This document shows positions 49,701-64,000 of a stretch of 64,000 nucleotides of DNA, piece after piece (within the stretch, counting starts at the first letter, position 1; every line of letters begins with the position of its first letter). The notes under the pieces are model-generated. The model was not told where the DNA came from. It worked only from the letters and a program-made list of their open reading frames with translations, and made no database searches. Both the position numbers and the translations under genes were made by a program. Source of the DNA: Ylistrum balloti (lineage: Eukaryota); the NCBI RefSeq assembly GCF_031769215.1, contig NW_026782132.1, forward strand, positions 496,001 through 560,000, read 5' to 3'.

Positions 49701-50512
49701 AAAATACCATTCAGTCATGTGGTAGGCTTTACTCTCCATATAAGGAATTCAAAGTATTCTCGGTAGATTGATTAAATGTACTTCATACATTCCACACCTG
49801 TAATAATCCTGAAAATTAATTCCCAACCAAAATAGTTTTATTGGTGTTTTCTGATTTATTTAGGATTCAATAGCACGAGGCACGGCCTTACATATAAAGG
49901 TGATGTTCATGCATGTATGAACATTTCCAAAAATTTATAGAAATTAGATGTAATTGTATGGTGTATACCAATACAGATATGATCAGAAAGGATTGTCCAG
50001 TTAGTTGTACATACTTACTATGTTAGTCATATACACTGACCACACAACCTGTTGACCATGTATCAGGGACCCTAGGGTGTCCTGTGCTGGATTAGGAGAA
50101 AACAATACACAGTCCTCAGAACTGACCAGAACGGTACAAAGGATCCAGCACGCCCCTACAATAGATCTAGCATTCAACAGGCTGGTCAAGCACCACTTGG
50201 TTACACATTCAATGTAATCCCCCAGGAGAATGTGTATGTATTACTGTAGAGTGGGCAGTGTCAGGCTACAAAACATTTGTTGTAATTACAGATTGGGGAA
50301 GAGAAAGGCTGCTATATCCCCTCCAGTCTGTTTGTATTAATGGAAATTAAATGATAGGTTTCACTATGGCACAACCCCTTATTAAGGCCCATTAAGTGTA
50401 AAGCTAACATATGTCCAAGTATGATATCCTGTTTCATTTTGCTTTGAAATATATTGGATTGTAGTCTTTTCACTCATTGAAATTTTTGTCTCCAGAATAC
50501 TGTTGTGTGTCT

Positions 50513-50652
50513 CTGATCTAGTATCCCTATTTTACATCCCTGATCTGATATCCCTGTTTTATGTCCATGATCTGGTATCCTTGTTTTAAGTCCCTGATCT
50601 AGTATCCCTGCTTTATGTCCTCAATCTAGTATCCCTGTCTTACGTCCCTGAT
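50513..50652. repeat. Tandem repeat, about 26 bp (ctgatctagtatccctgttttatgtc)
   Basis: About 5 visible copies. Confidence 0.85.
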
Positions 50653-50704
50653 CATGGCCATCTTTTATCTGTCCGTAAAGCAGTCCTTATTTTATTTATC
50701 ATGT

Positions 50705-50995
50705 CCCTTTTTTTATTTAATCTCAGAATCTGATCTTATTTTACTGTCTAACCGTGACCCTTTATTATTTAATCTCTGAATGTGTTCTTATTTTACTGTC
50801 TTACCGTGACCCTTTATTATTTAGTCTCTGAATCTGTTCTTATTTTACTATCTTACTATGACCCTTTATTATTTAATCTCTGAATGTGTCCTTATTTTAC
50901 TGTCTTACCGTGACCCTTTATTATATAATCTCTGAATTTGTTCTTATTTTACTGTCTTACCGTGACCCTTTATTATATATCTCTGAAAATGTCGT
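50705..50995. repeat. Tandem repeat, 52-bp unit (ttttactgtcttaccgtgaccctttattatttaatctctgaatgtgttctta)
   Basis: About 5.5 copies; period 52 measured between ttactgtc motifs at 50741, 50793 and 50845. Confidence 0.93.
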
Positions 50996-53900
50996 TACTT
51001 TTCTCAGACTGGCTTATTTCCAAATTCTGTGATCCTGTTTTGTCCTGTGCCTTGATTCACCGGTTGAATATTTTAGTCAGCTAAATAAAACTTTTTATGT
51101 TAAGTAATCTCTATATTTATAGGCTGCTGGGAACTAATTATTGAGATCTTTATCTTATGGTACTAAATACAGAACACAATGGTAGAGTATTGAGATGTTT
51201 ATCTCAAACTATTATATATAGAACACAAAATGATAGGTCAGGTTTTACTGTAGCACACTTAGTTATGTAATTCAGGAACGAATACCTGCCAAAGACCTAC
51301 TGAATGTATTCAGCACTGCTTTCTTAATGTCCAAGGTTTGTTACATTACAGGTTAACAATAGGTGGATCTGGAATGGGTTGCAAGAACACAAAATTTGGA
51401 CTTCAATAAACTAGCTTTTGCTTTTAAAAAGATGGACTATCATTGTACTGATGGACATTATGTCACCAAATTATCATTATACAGGTGCTTGATGTGTATA
51501 GATTGTAGAGTATGATTTTAGGTTTTATATATACAGCTGTATTTATATATCGTGTGATAAATACAGGTTATTGAATAGGTGCTATTAGTTGTTAGTATTT
51601 TGATGTGTTTTTATTTCATTAAATTTTTGTTTTAATGGATGTTTTATGGTGTAAGATATCATTTTCTTTATTTCATTTCAATGTATAGTTTTATATTCAG
51701 TAAAAATATCCTAATATAGTATAACTAGTGTTTAGAGTTTTTCAACATCAAGATCAGAAGGTTTTTTATCTGTTTTACCTGTGACATCACCTGAAATCCC
51801 ATCAGTGAGAGAAATAAAAAATGTCAGGGAATTTTGTCAGGTAGGTATTGTGATATTACATTACACTGAAATGACTACCTGTCCACCTTTAGGGACTGAA
51901 TTAACAGGGTCGCTAAGTGTATAACTCCTACTTGTCTCGAGATGGCTACCCAATTTTGTGATTGGTTGCTCCTTGGAATCAGAATTTTGTTTTTTAACCA
52001 AGTGTGCAAGATGTGGTGGAATGATAGATGATTTCTCATCTTAATTAGAATAAGTCAAGTTCAGATGTAAGATGTAAGTAATATCATTGGTTAATTGATA
52101 TAGATCCTTCACCTATCAAATGAAAGGATACAATCGTGTTGATAAATCAGACCAGGTTAATACTTGTATACATGTAATGGTGCCTACAACACAGGCCCAT
52201 CAAATATTTAAAACCAGAAGTTGTAGTTCCCGTTTGGAGAAAAGAACAATGCTGGCCAAGCCTGTGTAGAACTGGCGTATAAAATTGAGTTAAATTGGGC
52301 GAGGACTAAAATGTAAGCTGGTTGTATTAATAGTGAATCAATTTTTATACTTCACAAAAAAGAAGGAAAAAACACTGATAGCATGACGGACACAAGTTCT
52401 CCTTAAAACACTGTTTTACAGAGTTAATCATCTAGAACCATTTTATAGGTCCCCTGGTGTACACTGTCTTTATGGGGCAGACCAATGTTTTAACAGAGAG
52501 GTTACACTTACTGGTATCTTGACTTGAATGTATTATCAGAACTTTCCTTCAGGTTGTGTTATAAGGACTTTCATTCTATTCACTTTTGTAGGTTGAACTC
52601 AGAATTGATTTAAATGAATACTAGTTTGGTGAAGTCTTTGTGGATAAGATATTGAAAAGAACATTTGTCAATTTTTTTTATTTCTTTTTATCATTACTCT
52701 TAACTTTGTAGATTTGGTATTTATGGAAATTATTCTTTTGAATGTTTTATTGCTGTGTGGATAGATTTCTGTGTGTCATGTATGATACTGTTGACTTATA
52801 AACATGTTCAGTGATATTCTGGACTTCAAACACCAATAATCCATATGCACTTAGGGAACACCAGTGATAATGCTTTCAACCTTATATAGGCATAAGTGTT
52901 CAGGTATGTGCTTCAGTGTTAGTAAGTGATAATCTGTTGAAGTGTTTGTCGATCTGTACAGGAGGCCTAGGAGAGTACACCTTTAGTTCTATTGACTCAG
53001 CACCAGCAATTGGGACATTTTTACACCATTTCATATTATAATTGATGAGAGAATATGAAGCCTCTTTTGACTTGTGAATTGCTACTATTCAATGAATCTA
53101 CCCAATAGCACACCATACAGGTTTCCTGTACAGTTGAATCATGTTTTGCCGTTCAATATTGACACAAGTCTTTAAATAGCATGAGTATTGGGGAGCTGTG
53201 CTGTCACTGTGGTAGTAATTGAGATCAGCCCACACCTACAGGTATTAAGTTCAGGTCTACTCTGAAGACTATGGACTCTTCTGACATTTACACCAAGCTT
53301 GGGGATTGTGACACCTGAAAAATTAACACCTCCTTACATAAAATTTGTTATATGCAATAAAATCTTATCATGTTTGTGTAATATTGAAAATAAACAGCAA
53401 TCCATTTCATACAGAAACATCTTGAAAATGCTATTAAAATTTGTAAATGTTAAACATCAAGCTAACTAGGACCAGAAGTTATTGGCCTTCGACTGCCTGA
53501 ATCGAGGCTATGGTTGTTGATAAATGACCAATAGAAATCTGATCAACTTGGGAACTTATCACAGAGAAAACTGTACAATAGGCTAGTCTATCTTGGGGTC
53601 ATGTATCCACAGATAATAAACATCACACCTGATAGGGGAGATAACTGAATGTCAATCAATGACCAGGATCAAACGGCACTATGGGCAAAATTTGGCTCAG
53701 AAATGGACTTTGTCAAAGGTTGTAGATTTATCGAGGTGAATATTTTAGTTGATCATAAATATTCTCCTTACATTTAACAAAATAAGATAAAAAAAAATGT
53801 AGGTATATTGAACTCATTTCATACAAACAACTTTTGATTGTTCATTAAATGTCAGCTGTTGTCATCACTGGATAGTCAACAACAAAACAGATTCTACAGT

Positions 53901-55609
53901 GACTCATTTTATCTTTCTAGTTTACAAGTCGCGAGGGAAAAAAATCTGTTCATCTTGAAAATTTTGGAGATATGACCATTGAGGAAGAAACCTAAGTTTT
54001 CTAAAACAGGAAATAATGCTTCCTACATACAAAAAAACCCCTGTAAATCACAAAAATATTTGATGTCATTTTTGAGGCATTCAGAATCAGATATCTGTAT
54101 TTATATCTAAGGACAAAACGAAGAGACCATGATATAGCCACCCATTATCACCATTTACTAAGAAGACTCCTGGCTGATGGGGTCCTTTTGCTGAGGCAGT
54201 GCTGTGTTGCTGCTGGGAAAGCTCCCCTAGGACTGGAACATGTTGGGAACAGTCGGCTGGAGAGAAAGAGTTTATGGATGAAATAAAGATTACTTAGCAC
54301 TTGAATCAATTTAAAACAAAAATGTTTACATTCTACTAGGGTTGAATTTCAGGAGAAGAATTTCCTATTTGTGAAGAACATACCGATTTTATTATCAATG
54401 GATAAGTCCGGGTGTTTTGGCAGGCTGTCGGAATGTTGTAGTGTATGAGTGTGATGATGTCTTCTGACAATGTAACACATAACATATATCTACCACAATG
54501 CCCTCTCCTCGTCAGACTTACTCTACAATGAAGGTTATGTTGATCTGATCATTTCAAGATGCAGCTGAAACAGCTCCAAACAATCTGATTTAAATTCTGT
54601 CACTAATTGGTCAGTAATTCAGTGTAAACTGTCAACATTTTATTGCAGTGTTAAAACTGAAATTATTCTCATTCAATCATAAAAAGCTTTCTAGTTTTCA
54701 TTTTCTTCACTTCACATCGGAACACGTGTTTGGGATCTCAAGTTCAACATGCTGTATCAATTACATAGGATTTCTGCACAATACCCAGCTCTGTAAGCCA
54801 GAGGCAGTTAAGTGCAGTCGAGGACAGATTTATTTCCATTTCTTGGCTGTGTTAATGTATGTTTTCAGCGAGAGAATATACTATGCTGTGTAATACACGG
54901 TTGATCTTTTCTTTCTGATGCATTTTCTTTGTATTTTGGTTATGTTTATACAACTCACAGGTTTTGAAGGTTGTTTAAAAGACATCTATTGCATCCCCTC
55001 AATCCGATGAATGCCATGATAAAAAAACTCGTGAAACACGCTTGCCAGTAATTGTCTGTATTAAATTTGGTCGGGACTACAATTTTTTTAATATAAGAAG
55101 GAAGACTTTTTAATTGGATATCGTTTAGAACCTGACTTTATTGAATGGTGCCTGGACACCATGGTACACGATTTCCCACAATGCATTTTCAGGGTTATTA
55201 TATCTGTTCAAATCAAATCATTGTGAGGATGTGAATATACTGCTATAAATTATACCAACACTAAAGTAAATTGGACCTGTGATGATTGATGACTTCGTGT
55301 ACCAGACACTGTGACATTTGAAGCTCATATGAAATTTAAAATTTTCATATCTTATCCTATGTAGAAAAGAAATGAAGTTTAAATCACCAGTGTCAGAAAT
55401 AGGTAATATCTAAAACAACAACCGAAAGCTTTTGTCAAATTAATAACCAATCTAGCTGCCATGTTTGTGTAGTTTTAAAAGTCCTGGGAATTACGTTACA
55501 CATACCTGGTAGTGCTGAAGTACTGGATGTGTACCAGTAATGCTCTTATTCGGACAGCAAACTGATATTTCAAAATACAGCTGGCAGATTAATAAATGAT
55601 CACTCTTAA

Positions 55610-55900
55610 ATGGTAGACATTGTTACTGTAGTGGAGGACAACAAGAGATGAAAACAATATACCTGGATAACATAGTGGAGGACAACAAGAGAGAGACAAC
55701 ATACCTGGATATTTTAGTTTATGACAAGAAAAGATGGATAACATAATTTGATTATATGATGTAGACAACACGGAGAAATGGACAAAATAACCTGGATAAT
55801 ATAGTGGTCACCAATAAGAGAGGGACAACAGACCTTATAATAGTGGACAAGTGTGGAGACAAGAAAAACAATCAAAAATAACAAATCGAGAATGACAGGT
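55610..55900. repeat. Degenerate tandem repeat, about 44 bp (tagtggaggacaacaagaga...atacctggata)
   Basis: Recurrent atacctggata / tagtgga..acaa motifs. Confidence 0.7.
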
Positions 55901-58900
55901 AGTTTATTGAATCCAATTAGGATTGGGACTGTGATGGAGGGAGTCATTTATGTGTTGTAGTCATCTGATGTGGTCTCCAAATGATGATGGAAGTGGTCAT
56001 CATTTTGTCTGGGAAAGATTGATATTTCTGACTGGCTAGGCCCCTGATGTATTGATTCTGTGTTATTTGGATGGACAGGATGATGGGATGACACATGTCT
56101 CTACAATTTTACATCTCTATCCCATGGCACAGACCAGGGTCAGAAGTCAATGTCTGTGACAACCACTCAAACATGATTGGAACCGGTCAAGTGGAAGACA
56201 TATTTGGTCTTTAATCAGAACAGTTGATTGAACACACTTCCTTAGTCCAATTATCTGGATATTTCTCAATCTGTGGTTATATTTCTAACTTAACAAATTG
56301 GATCTGCAGTCATACTCAAAGGGGAGATCACTCTTTATTTATTTTCGTTGCTAGTTGATGACCTGTAAATCATGGCTTTGACATCCTGATTACTGTTCAC
56401 TTTCTCATTAGAGTCCAAAATCTGATTATTACTGGTGATTGTAACAAATTGTCAGGATTTGCTGATCTATAATTCACTTATACAGTTGGATTAAATAAGA
56501 ATTGTATAAATGAATGAATGACAAGTATATTTAATAAAACCTTTTTTCTGTTTGATATATTGGTATTTAAAGTAGATATCCATTACAAAAACTTTGTGTT
56601 ACTGATGCATTATTAAGTATACCAGTGATATGTTAATTGGACTAGTCTGTGAAACCATGCTGTGGGGGTCAGGAACTTGTCGGGGACTAGTCTGGTCCCT
56701 ACACACTTGCTACAGATGTGATTATATAGACAGATTTTATCAGGTTGTGTAAGTTGTCAGCAGATTTGTCTATACTCCTGTAAAATTCATCATGGGTATC
56801 TCACTACACTGGCTACTGATCCATACTCCCTCATCTCCACTCCTTCTCCAGGGACCATATCATCTATAATTGATAGCATTAGATCAGTCTAGGATTGTAA
56901 CTCTATTGTTTCTTTATTAATTCATATATCACACTTCTTATCTTACAATATTATCACGAGATGATTAAATTTAGGTGCTTGTTAAAAAAAAGGAATGACC
57001 CAGTTTGTGGCAAGAATTTTCATACTTCTTTATAACATTGGTATGATTCTGTTGTTATTTCATTAATTGAGGTTGTATACGTTTCAGAATTAATTTCATT
57101 CAAACAGTGGAATGAGATTTATTTCTGAAGTTCTAATCATGTGGAGGTAGATTATACACTTGAGATCTAAGCTTTAAGCTTCGGTAGGCCTTTGTGGTAA
57201 ATTAAAGGAAAACATTTAGTGTTGATTTGAATGGCTATCTTTAGATCTACACTATATATTCTGGATTCTATTTGATATCTGGAAGGAGAAATCTGACTTA
57301 GGATCACACAAAACACGCTTCATAATTCTTATTAAAGACATACTACTACAGATACTTTGATAATATCAGAAGTTCAGAGTGATGATTAAGGGTGCTGGAT
57401 AAGATGGGACAACACAATGTTACATCAGGATAAATGTCCTCAGGATATAGGATTCATCTGTCTGTATCAGGATAGAACAAGATTATTTCTATAAAATTTT
57501 AATCACTTAATGATACCTCCAAAATAAAGCTGGTTGTTTGGAGTCTGGTGTTTATAGCGTTAGGTGTTCAGTGAGGGTTGGTTGGGAGTATATATATTCA
57601 CAAGGTGAGGTGAAATAAGACCACTAGATTTAACTGTGTCTTGTTACCTCTGGTAATATATACTAGACACGATGGCCGACCAACCTTGTACAAACAAACT
57701 GCTGTCCAATTACCTATTCACCGGGTTTTATCATCAGAGATCCATTTCTGCCTTCTTTTCTACCTTCATTTCTTTGGGGAGGAGTCGACCATTTTTTGTG
57801 AAATATTTAGGACTATGATTGCAATCATGATGTTTGCTTTGTGTGACTAAAAAAGATATTGTTGTTGGGACAATGCTTACCTAATTCTGACATAGAAAGA
57901 TATAATCATGCTTCCAGAGAAAACAGTGAAAAGGAATTTTTGCTATATTTAAACTCGCTGTAGTATTATTTTCTTCCTGCGATGAATGTGATTTGTTTGT
58001 ATAGGAGTTCAGAATAGGTAAAAGATTTCTCTTTGAGATTCAAAATCTGTTTTGTTCATTATTCACCCATAATTCTTATCCTTGAAATATTTTGTCAGCT
58101 ATACATTGGTTTGCAATGAATATATTTCTGTAAAAAAAATGGTAAAAGAACTGATACAGGCTATTGATCATTTTTTAAAATTTTTGTTATAAACTTGTTT
58201 AATTGAAAAATATCTATGAATTGAACAACTACCTGATTAAAGATTGTAATGAATCGGTACATAAAATCTGCAATATGATGAGAGTGATGTCCCTTGTTGG
58301 GAACACTTAAAAAATTATGAGAACCATGCCAGCTAATAAACTATGAAAACACAGGTATTTTATTGAAATATATGTGTTTACTGTACAAACTATATTGCTA
58401 AGTGATCATCATAATTGTCTGACCTTTTAGCCAGTGAAGGTCAGTCATAGGTGACAACATGTTGTACATATATGCATGTCGCCAACATAAAAAAAATTCT
58501 TCCCTGTAAAACACTTGTTATCTGACATATTTATACTGTATAAACATAGACTTGTGTATATCATTCTGAATTTCTTTCGTCAGCAGTTTATTACAATACT
58601 CAGCCACTAGGTATTGCAGCAGTAAAAGCACACTGTTAAACTGTCATAATTATTGTAAAATACACTTGATAACGGAACATTTTAACACTTCCCTGTGAAA
58701 ATGATCCAAGAGAGAGGAATGTATTAAGATAGTGTATTATTATGTAGGAGGGTTGAATTGGAACAGTCTAGATAAAATGGTAGAAGTTTGGACAAGAATA
58801 CTGACAGATAAGGTTACATAACATCGGAGAAGTTTTATGGAAGGTTTGATAAAGCTCTACAGAACAGTGAAAGGTTTATCTATAGCAGCTGATGCCAGGT

Positions 58901-61888
58901 CATTGAACTGTTGCCAGGAGACAACAACTTTCTTATCTCCCCGTTTAGAGATTTCATATTTCACTTTTGGCGTTTTAAGTGTAGAAAGTAAAAGTTGTTT
59001 CACTTTAAAGTTAAGTCAAATCAGCATTTCTCTTTGTTTTATACCAATAAGTATGTTGATTCATGTTGGGATTTTTTCAATAATGATTAACAGAGATCAT
59101 AATAAATAGTACAGATAATTTATGTACGACTGTGCATGTTGTGTATAAAGATAAAATTACAGTGGCTTATATATATAAAGTAAAACTTGTGCGGCACTGT
59201 TGTGTGATAGAGTGGGTATACATACCACTGAAAAGGATTCCTTTGTCGGTCTGTCTTTCAATTACCTTAGTGTTTGTTTATCCTTATCTCTTGATTGCCA
59301 ATAAATCAGGTAAAACCATCCTTTATTATCCCAAATTCTTGGTAAGTGGATCAAACGTTTGTATTATCTTGCAATGTTCTCCATTTTAACTTACAGGTCA
59401 GTAAATGGATTAAGTTTCCACAACATAGATTTGATAAGTAAATAAATGGAATCTGATTGGATATGGAATTCAATGTCGATGTCTCCATCTACATGACAAA
59501 AAGAGGTAGTCACTGTTAACTGTTCAATGCTAAATTCCTTTTAAAACCGATTGTATATTGACATACAAGACATTTTATGTTTACTGGGAACCAAATTATC
59601 TAGCATGAACATGGTGTTGACAACTGTTCTGTAAATATTGCATATGTACATGATTCAGTAAATATGTGATTGAGAACACCTTGACAGAACTCTCTAAGAG
59701 CATGTGTGACCTGCAAGTAACAGTTGGTCAGCACCTTTTGGTCATGACTAGACAATTTGACACCTGTCGATAACAAATGTATTTACCATAATAATGTCCT
59801 GAGGTGTTGTAAAGTTTAACTGGTGAGAAAGGAATATATTTAAGAAGTGGTTGATATGTTTCCTATGTAAAGTTTAGTAATTGTGATAGAAAAACAGGTT
59901 TTTTTTATGGATGCCTTATACAGGGAACACTATTGATAGTATTTACAAAGGGGGAACATTTAGTATAATGAATATGGTAACGTGTACAGTGCCTGGCATT
60001 GGTCCAGTGATCAGACTTTGGCTGTTAGTGTTAATTCATGGCCACTTGTTAGCAGATTATATCTACCTGGAGAGGTATAATCCTCCCAAACTTAATCCGC
60101 ACGAAAGCAACACCTTTCATGTCAAAGTTTGTGACAAGGTAAAAACTTGTCCAATACCTGTGACTTTATAGCCCAAATCATGAGCATTCATCAAACAACA
60201 AAGGATTGAAATACCTATTAATGTAATGTTTGATAAAATCGGAGCATTTTGTAAAATCATGTCAAGCACCTCTACAGTAACAAATCTACCCTGCTGTTGA
60301 GTTGTATAAACAAAAATTAGGATGTAATATGGTATTGTGTATGGCGTCTACTGATCGAATCGGAACAGTCTTGGTTATAAGAATGTTATTTTTGGAACGG
60401 TGGTAATTTTTAGGATGGGTAGTCAAACAATACATATCTCGGCTTTGAATGACAATGGAAATTTATACGCCTACAACGTAGCAAAGTTTCGACATTTAAA
60501 ATCAAATAATGGCCCTTGTGGTTGGGATATATTGTTGATGCTGTTGATAGAAATACGTCTGTAGGTTCTATCAACAAACATTTTACTTAGTAAATGCTTT
60601 GTATTTGTCGTTGGTAAAGGTTGTCTTGTTAAAACAGTGTGGTAAAATTTAAAGTCTTCTCATTAAAAGAAGGGAAGTTTCCTAACAAAACCTGTCAAAA
60701 ATTTTATGATCTAAAGAAATTTTTACTAGCTGTAGATAAGAATGTAAGTTTTAGTTTCTAATCTCACTAGTCCTGACCTTGTTTTCTGGCTAAGGTGGTT
60801 GTGGAGACAAAACGAAATATAAAATTTGTGTGTTTAGCATTGATGTAAATTGATATAAAGTGTTTGATAATACAAGGTCCCCAGAGATATTAAACGGTAT
60901 AGTGAAGTTCTGTTGCAGATGATAAAAAACCAGAGAGTTTTTAATTTGTAAAGGTATTCTCTGGGTGCTCTTTACACACATCACTTAATTCTAATGGAAC
61001 ATTGGTGTCACACATTTCATTCCAAACATGTGATTTTGGCATAAAATTTTGAAGGCCTGTCACATTTCTGAAAAGTGATAAATGTCAGACATTGTTGCTA
61101 TCTCCCGTGGGGTTCTATCATTTTGTATCTATATTGGACCAGCTCGGTGTTTCTCCAGAACTTGGCTAATTTCAGATGATAAATGGTTTGAGCTTTTTAT
61201 GTGTCTGTAATTACAGCATCGTTGGATATAAATTAGTGATAGTAAATAACCTTAGGTGTGAAGTATTCATTACTTCATAACTTGGAAAATTAGGTACTTC
61301 AATCTCATAATCCAGAAAATTTCAAATTCTATATTTTTTGTTAATGTTTTTTGTACACACTCAAATACTTCATAATTTATATTGGTACATGTATGTTAAT
61401 TAGAATAGATACACAAACTTTACAAAGAGTATCAAGTTTTCATTTTATCCTTTGATGAAATCTGAAAACTATTTTTAGCCAAGTCTAAAGTACACAGCCG
61501 GAGGAAACACCTGACAAAGACAAGTACTAATATATCTTTATTTTGTCTCACAGGAACTTGTTTGATAATGAATGGTGCATTTATGTTAATCACCGGCTCT
61601 TATGCTTCAATCTTAGTCAAAAGTATACACAGATGTATTGGGTTCCTTTCTTTTTCAAACTGGTCGGTAAATCTTTTGTATGAAAATGTTTCTGTCTGTT
61701 TTGACATTTGTAAACTTAACTTTCCAGCTGTTGTGAAAATATTGATTGTTGTGTAACTAGGAGATTGAAAAAAGTATAAATATGTCCTTGACCTCAATCT
61801 GATATTACTAATTAGAATACTTTAGTTTAATTAATACATCATCATTATTGTCAGGTGAAAATTTAATTTTTCATTGTAATATATTAAC

Positions 61889-62175
61889 TTGGTAAAGAAT
61901 GCCTCTTTGATTAAGACAGTAGAAAGGTCTCGGGTTCAAACCAATTCATAATCTTCAGCAAATAATTCAAAGTCATTGTAATCTTGAGGACGTCATGTCG
62001 TGTGATGTGTTTGTCAGTGAGGTGAAGGTGCGTTAATGGTTTATAACAGTGTGTAACTGTACCTTTCATACATCAAAACCACAAACTTGCTTTGATATGG
62101 GCAGGATCAGCGAGGTGACATCTTCCAGGTTGTCTTACCTACGTGGCTGATAGACCGTAGAATCTAATAGAACCC
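61889..62175 (+). mobile_element. Decayed tRNA-derived SINE
   Basis: A-box-like TGGTAAAGAATG (61890) and B-box GGTTCAAACC (61933) at tRNA-like spacing, no intact cloverleaf, and a 3' end (gctgatagaccgtagaatctaata) resembling molluscan SINE tails as I recall them. Confidence 0.45.
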
Positions 62176-64000
62176 GCTATTTGCATCATATGTTTTTATA
62201 GACATGATCTGATGGAAGTGTAAAAGTTTGATAGAAAGTGATGATGTTTATTCTTCCATTAAGTAATGACAATTCACGAATACCGATCTGCTTGGCTGAC
62301 CTTTACGACATGGCTGATATCACATGGTTGAGAACAAACCTATTCTGTTGAAAATGTTGGATCGAGAATGTTAGATCTAACCGTAGATGTGTTTAAAAGT
62401 GACTTCAAACATGAATCTTAGTACATCTGTATTATTAAGAAAACAAGGAAACAACTAGGATCAAGTTGAATCTTTCATATTTAATAAACTCTGTATACAA
62501 CACCTTCGATGGAATTTAAATTATACTCATTGCCATATACAAATCACAAGGATTGTGACCAGCTGTCCCAATTCAGGAATGGGGATGTATGTGTAAACTT
62601 AATGTGTACAGTCAAATTGTCATTTATAAAGATAACATTTTACAGACTAGCATATTATTACATCATTTCAAAATTTTGATTTCCAATGGGACAATATGTT
62701 ATTGTGTAACACTGTCAAGACTGATCCAATGTCATGGCTGGAAATAGGGGATTATCTCCCCTAATAAAGGGTTTGGGTGTCGGGGTTAGGTTGTGGACGG
62801 GAAGGTCAGAGCCACAAGCTTTATTGGGATTATGTTGACTGATCTAAGGATATTCATTGTTTGTAACTTTCCTGTAAACAAACAAAATCCAGCTTAAAAA
62901 TGACACTATAAGTCCATTTACTGGTCTCAGTACTATGTAGGAAGATAATTTTCATTGCGTGAGAATTTACCTACATGTGTATATACGTTTGATAACAGTC
63001 GTGTTCTGGTGACCTTGAATTCACAAATTACTCTCATCATAATATACTTGATTTTCAATTTGAATCAATGAATAACATATGTAAAGGACATTATTATTTT
63101 AAATACATAAGAATTTTCCTTTTTTTTTGAAAGTTGTCTTGACATTTTATCAAGTTAACAAAAGTACAGGTAGCGTCCTTGCTGTTACGACAGTAAGTGA
63201 TTTTCTAGTGATATTGTATTTCATTACATTCATTTAAGATCACACATTTTTTCAAAGGTCAAATGATTGAGAGGTGATTTATGGGGACATAACCCTTAAA
63301 TTGGAAATTGTATCTGGTAAGAAGGGTTTTTGTTTAGTCCGCTATCAGACATAGTTTATTGTGAGCTAGGGTTTCACATGGAATGGAGTTCTCACCTCCC
63401 ATTGTTGTCCTGGAGTCCCACCTACACCAGGGGTTGTGGTGTGACACTAGGGTACAATACTGGGCGATCTCACCAGGGGACGATACCTTGTGATCTACTG
63501 ATTAGCATTTGTTTCTGTGTTACAGAAATTTACATACAACAAATATACCTGTCTGAAAATCCAAACTACGTCATATAATACCTGTGATTTATGATCGGTC
63601 ATTAAAACCTAGAGAAAAATCAATTTTCTACAATCTTATTGTATTTTCTGTAATAAATTACATAATGGATTTAGTGTATATACCTAGATAGACAGGTAAT
63701 GGGATTGGACATTTTGTGAAATTTCAATCTGTTGTGTACCTCTTGGAAAACACCTGCAGGTGACAAATTCATGTTTCCTATTCAATTAAGTAACACTAAA
63801 CTTTCGTGCACGAAACAATCAGTGACCTGTAGGTTGGGAAAGTTCTAGTGTAAGGATGATTTGACATAATACTTTTGCAAAATGCTTGCCACAAATGTTC
63901 TCACGATCCTAGACTTACCCAAGTCCATGCATACTTATTGATTTAGAAGATTACTTAAAGAATTTATTATTTTTCCAATTTTTCTTAGGAAGCGATGATG

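Larger units (their letters stand above)
30154..64000 (+). other. Large intron of the Fat4-like gene (more than 33.8 kb, end not in window)
   Basis: Starts with GTGAGT. I found no cadherin-coding exon (expected phase-0 start, V-x-I-x-x-x-D-x-N-D) downstream; only short random ORFs, low-complexity tracts and repeats. Confidence 0.75.

Noticed and set aside
61889-61945. tRNA gene
   Set aside because: Has A/B-box-like motifs but no foldable cloverleaf; treated as a SINE head.
30826-63578. Numerous 60-110-aa ORFs in the large intron as nested genes
   Set aside because: Mostly non-ATG starts, composition typical of translated AT-rich intron, and no domains or exon chains.

Overview
AT-rich, intron-containing animal genomic DNA from a draft scaffold with one 181-N gap. 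It is probably a bivalve mollusc or another lophotrochozoan, inferred from composition, repeat types and the protostome-type Fat sequence. Main content: (1) the giant first coding exon (24949-30153, + strand, signal peptide plus 16 cadherin repeats) of a Fat4/Drosophila fat orthologue, followed by a CpG-poor intron of more than 33.8 kb that runs off the window end; (2) an 11-exon, about 485-aa gene at 11048-19596 (+) that the ORF track misses. I assembled it by hand with phase-compatible GT-AG junctions. It encodes a divergent F-BAR-like coiled coil and a degenerate C-terminal SH3 (PACSIN/PSTPIP-like architecture), with a Myc-like LSPPLSP motif and a PPxY motif, and sits behind a palindromic E2F site and a CRE; (3) several minisatellites, one with a 110-bp higher-order period; (4) weaker signals: a decayed minus-strand coding tract (about 2.0-4.75 kb), a possible small-exon gene (6440-10037), and SINE and non-autonomous element remnants. 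No rRNA, true tRNA, CRISPR array or intact transposase was found. Family assignments rest on motif recognition and remembered sequences, not database searches.
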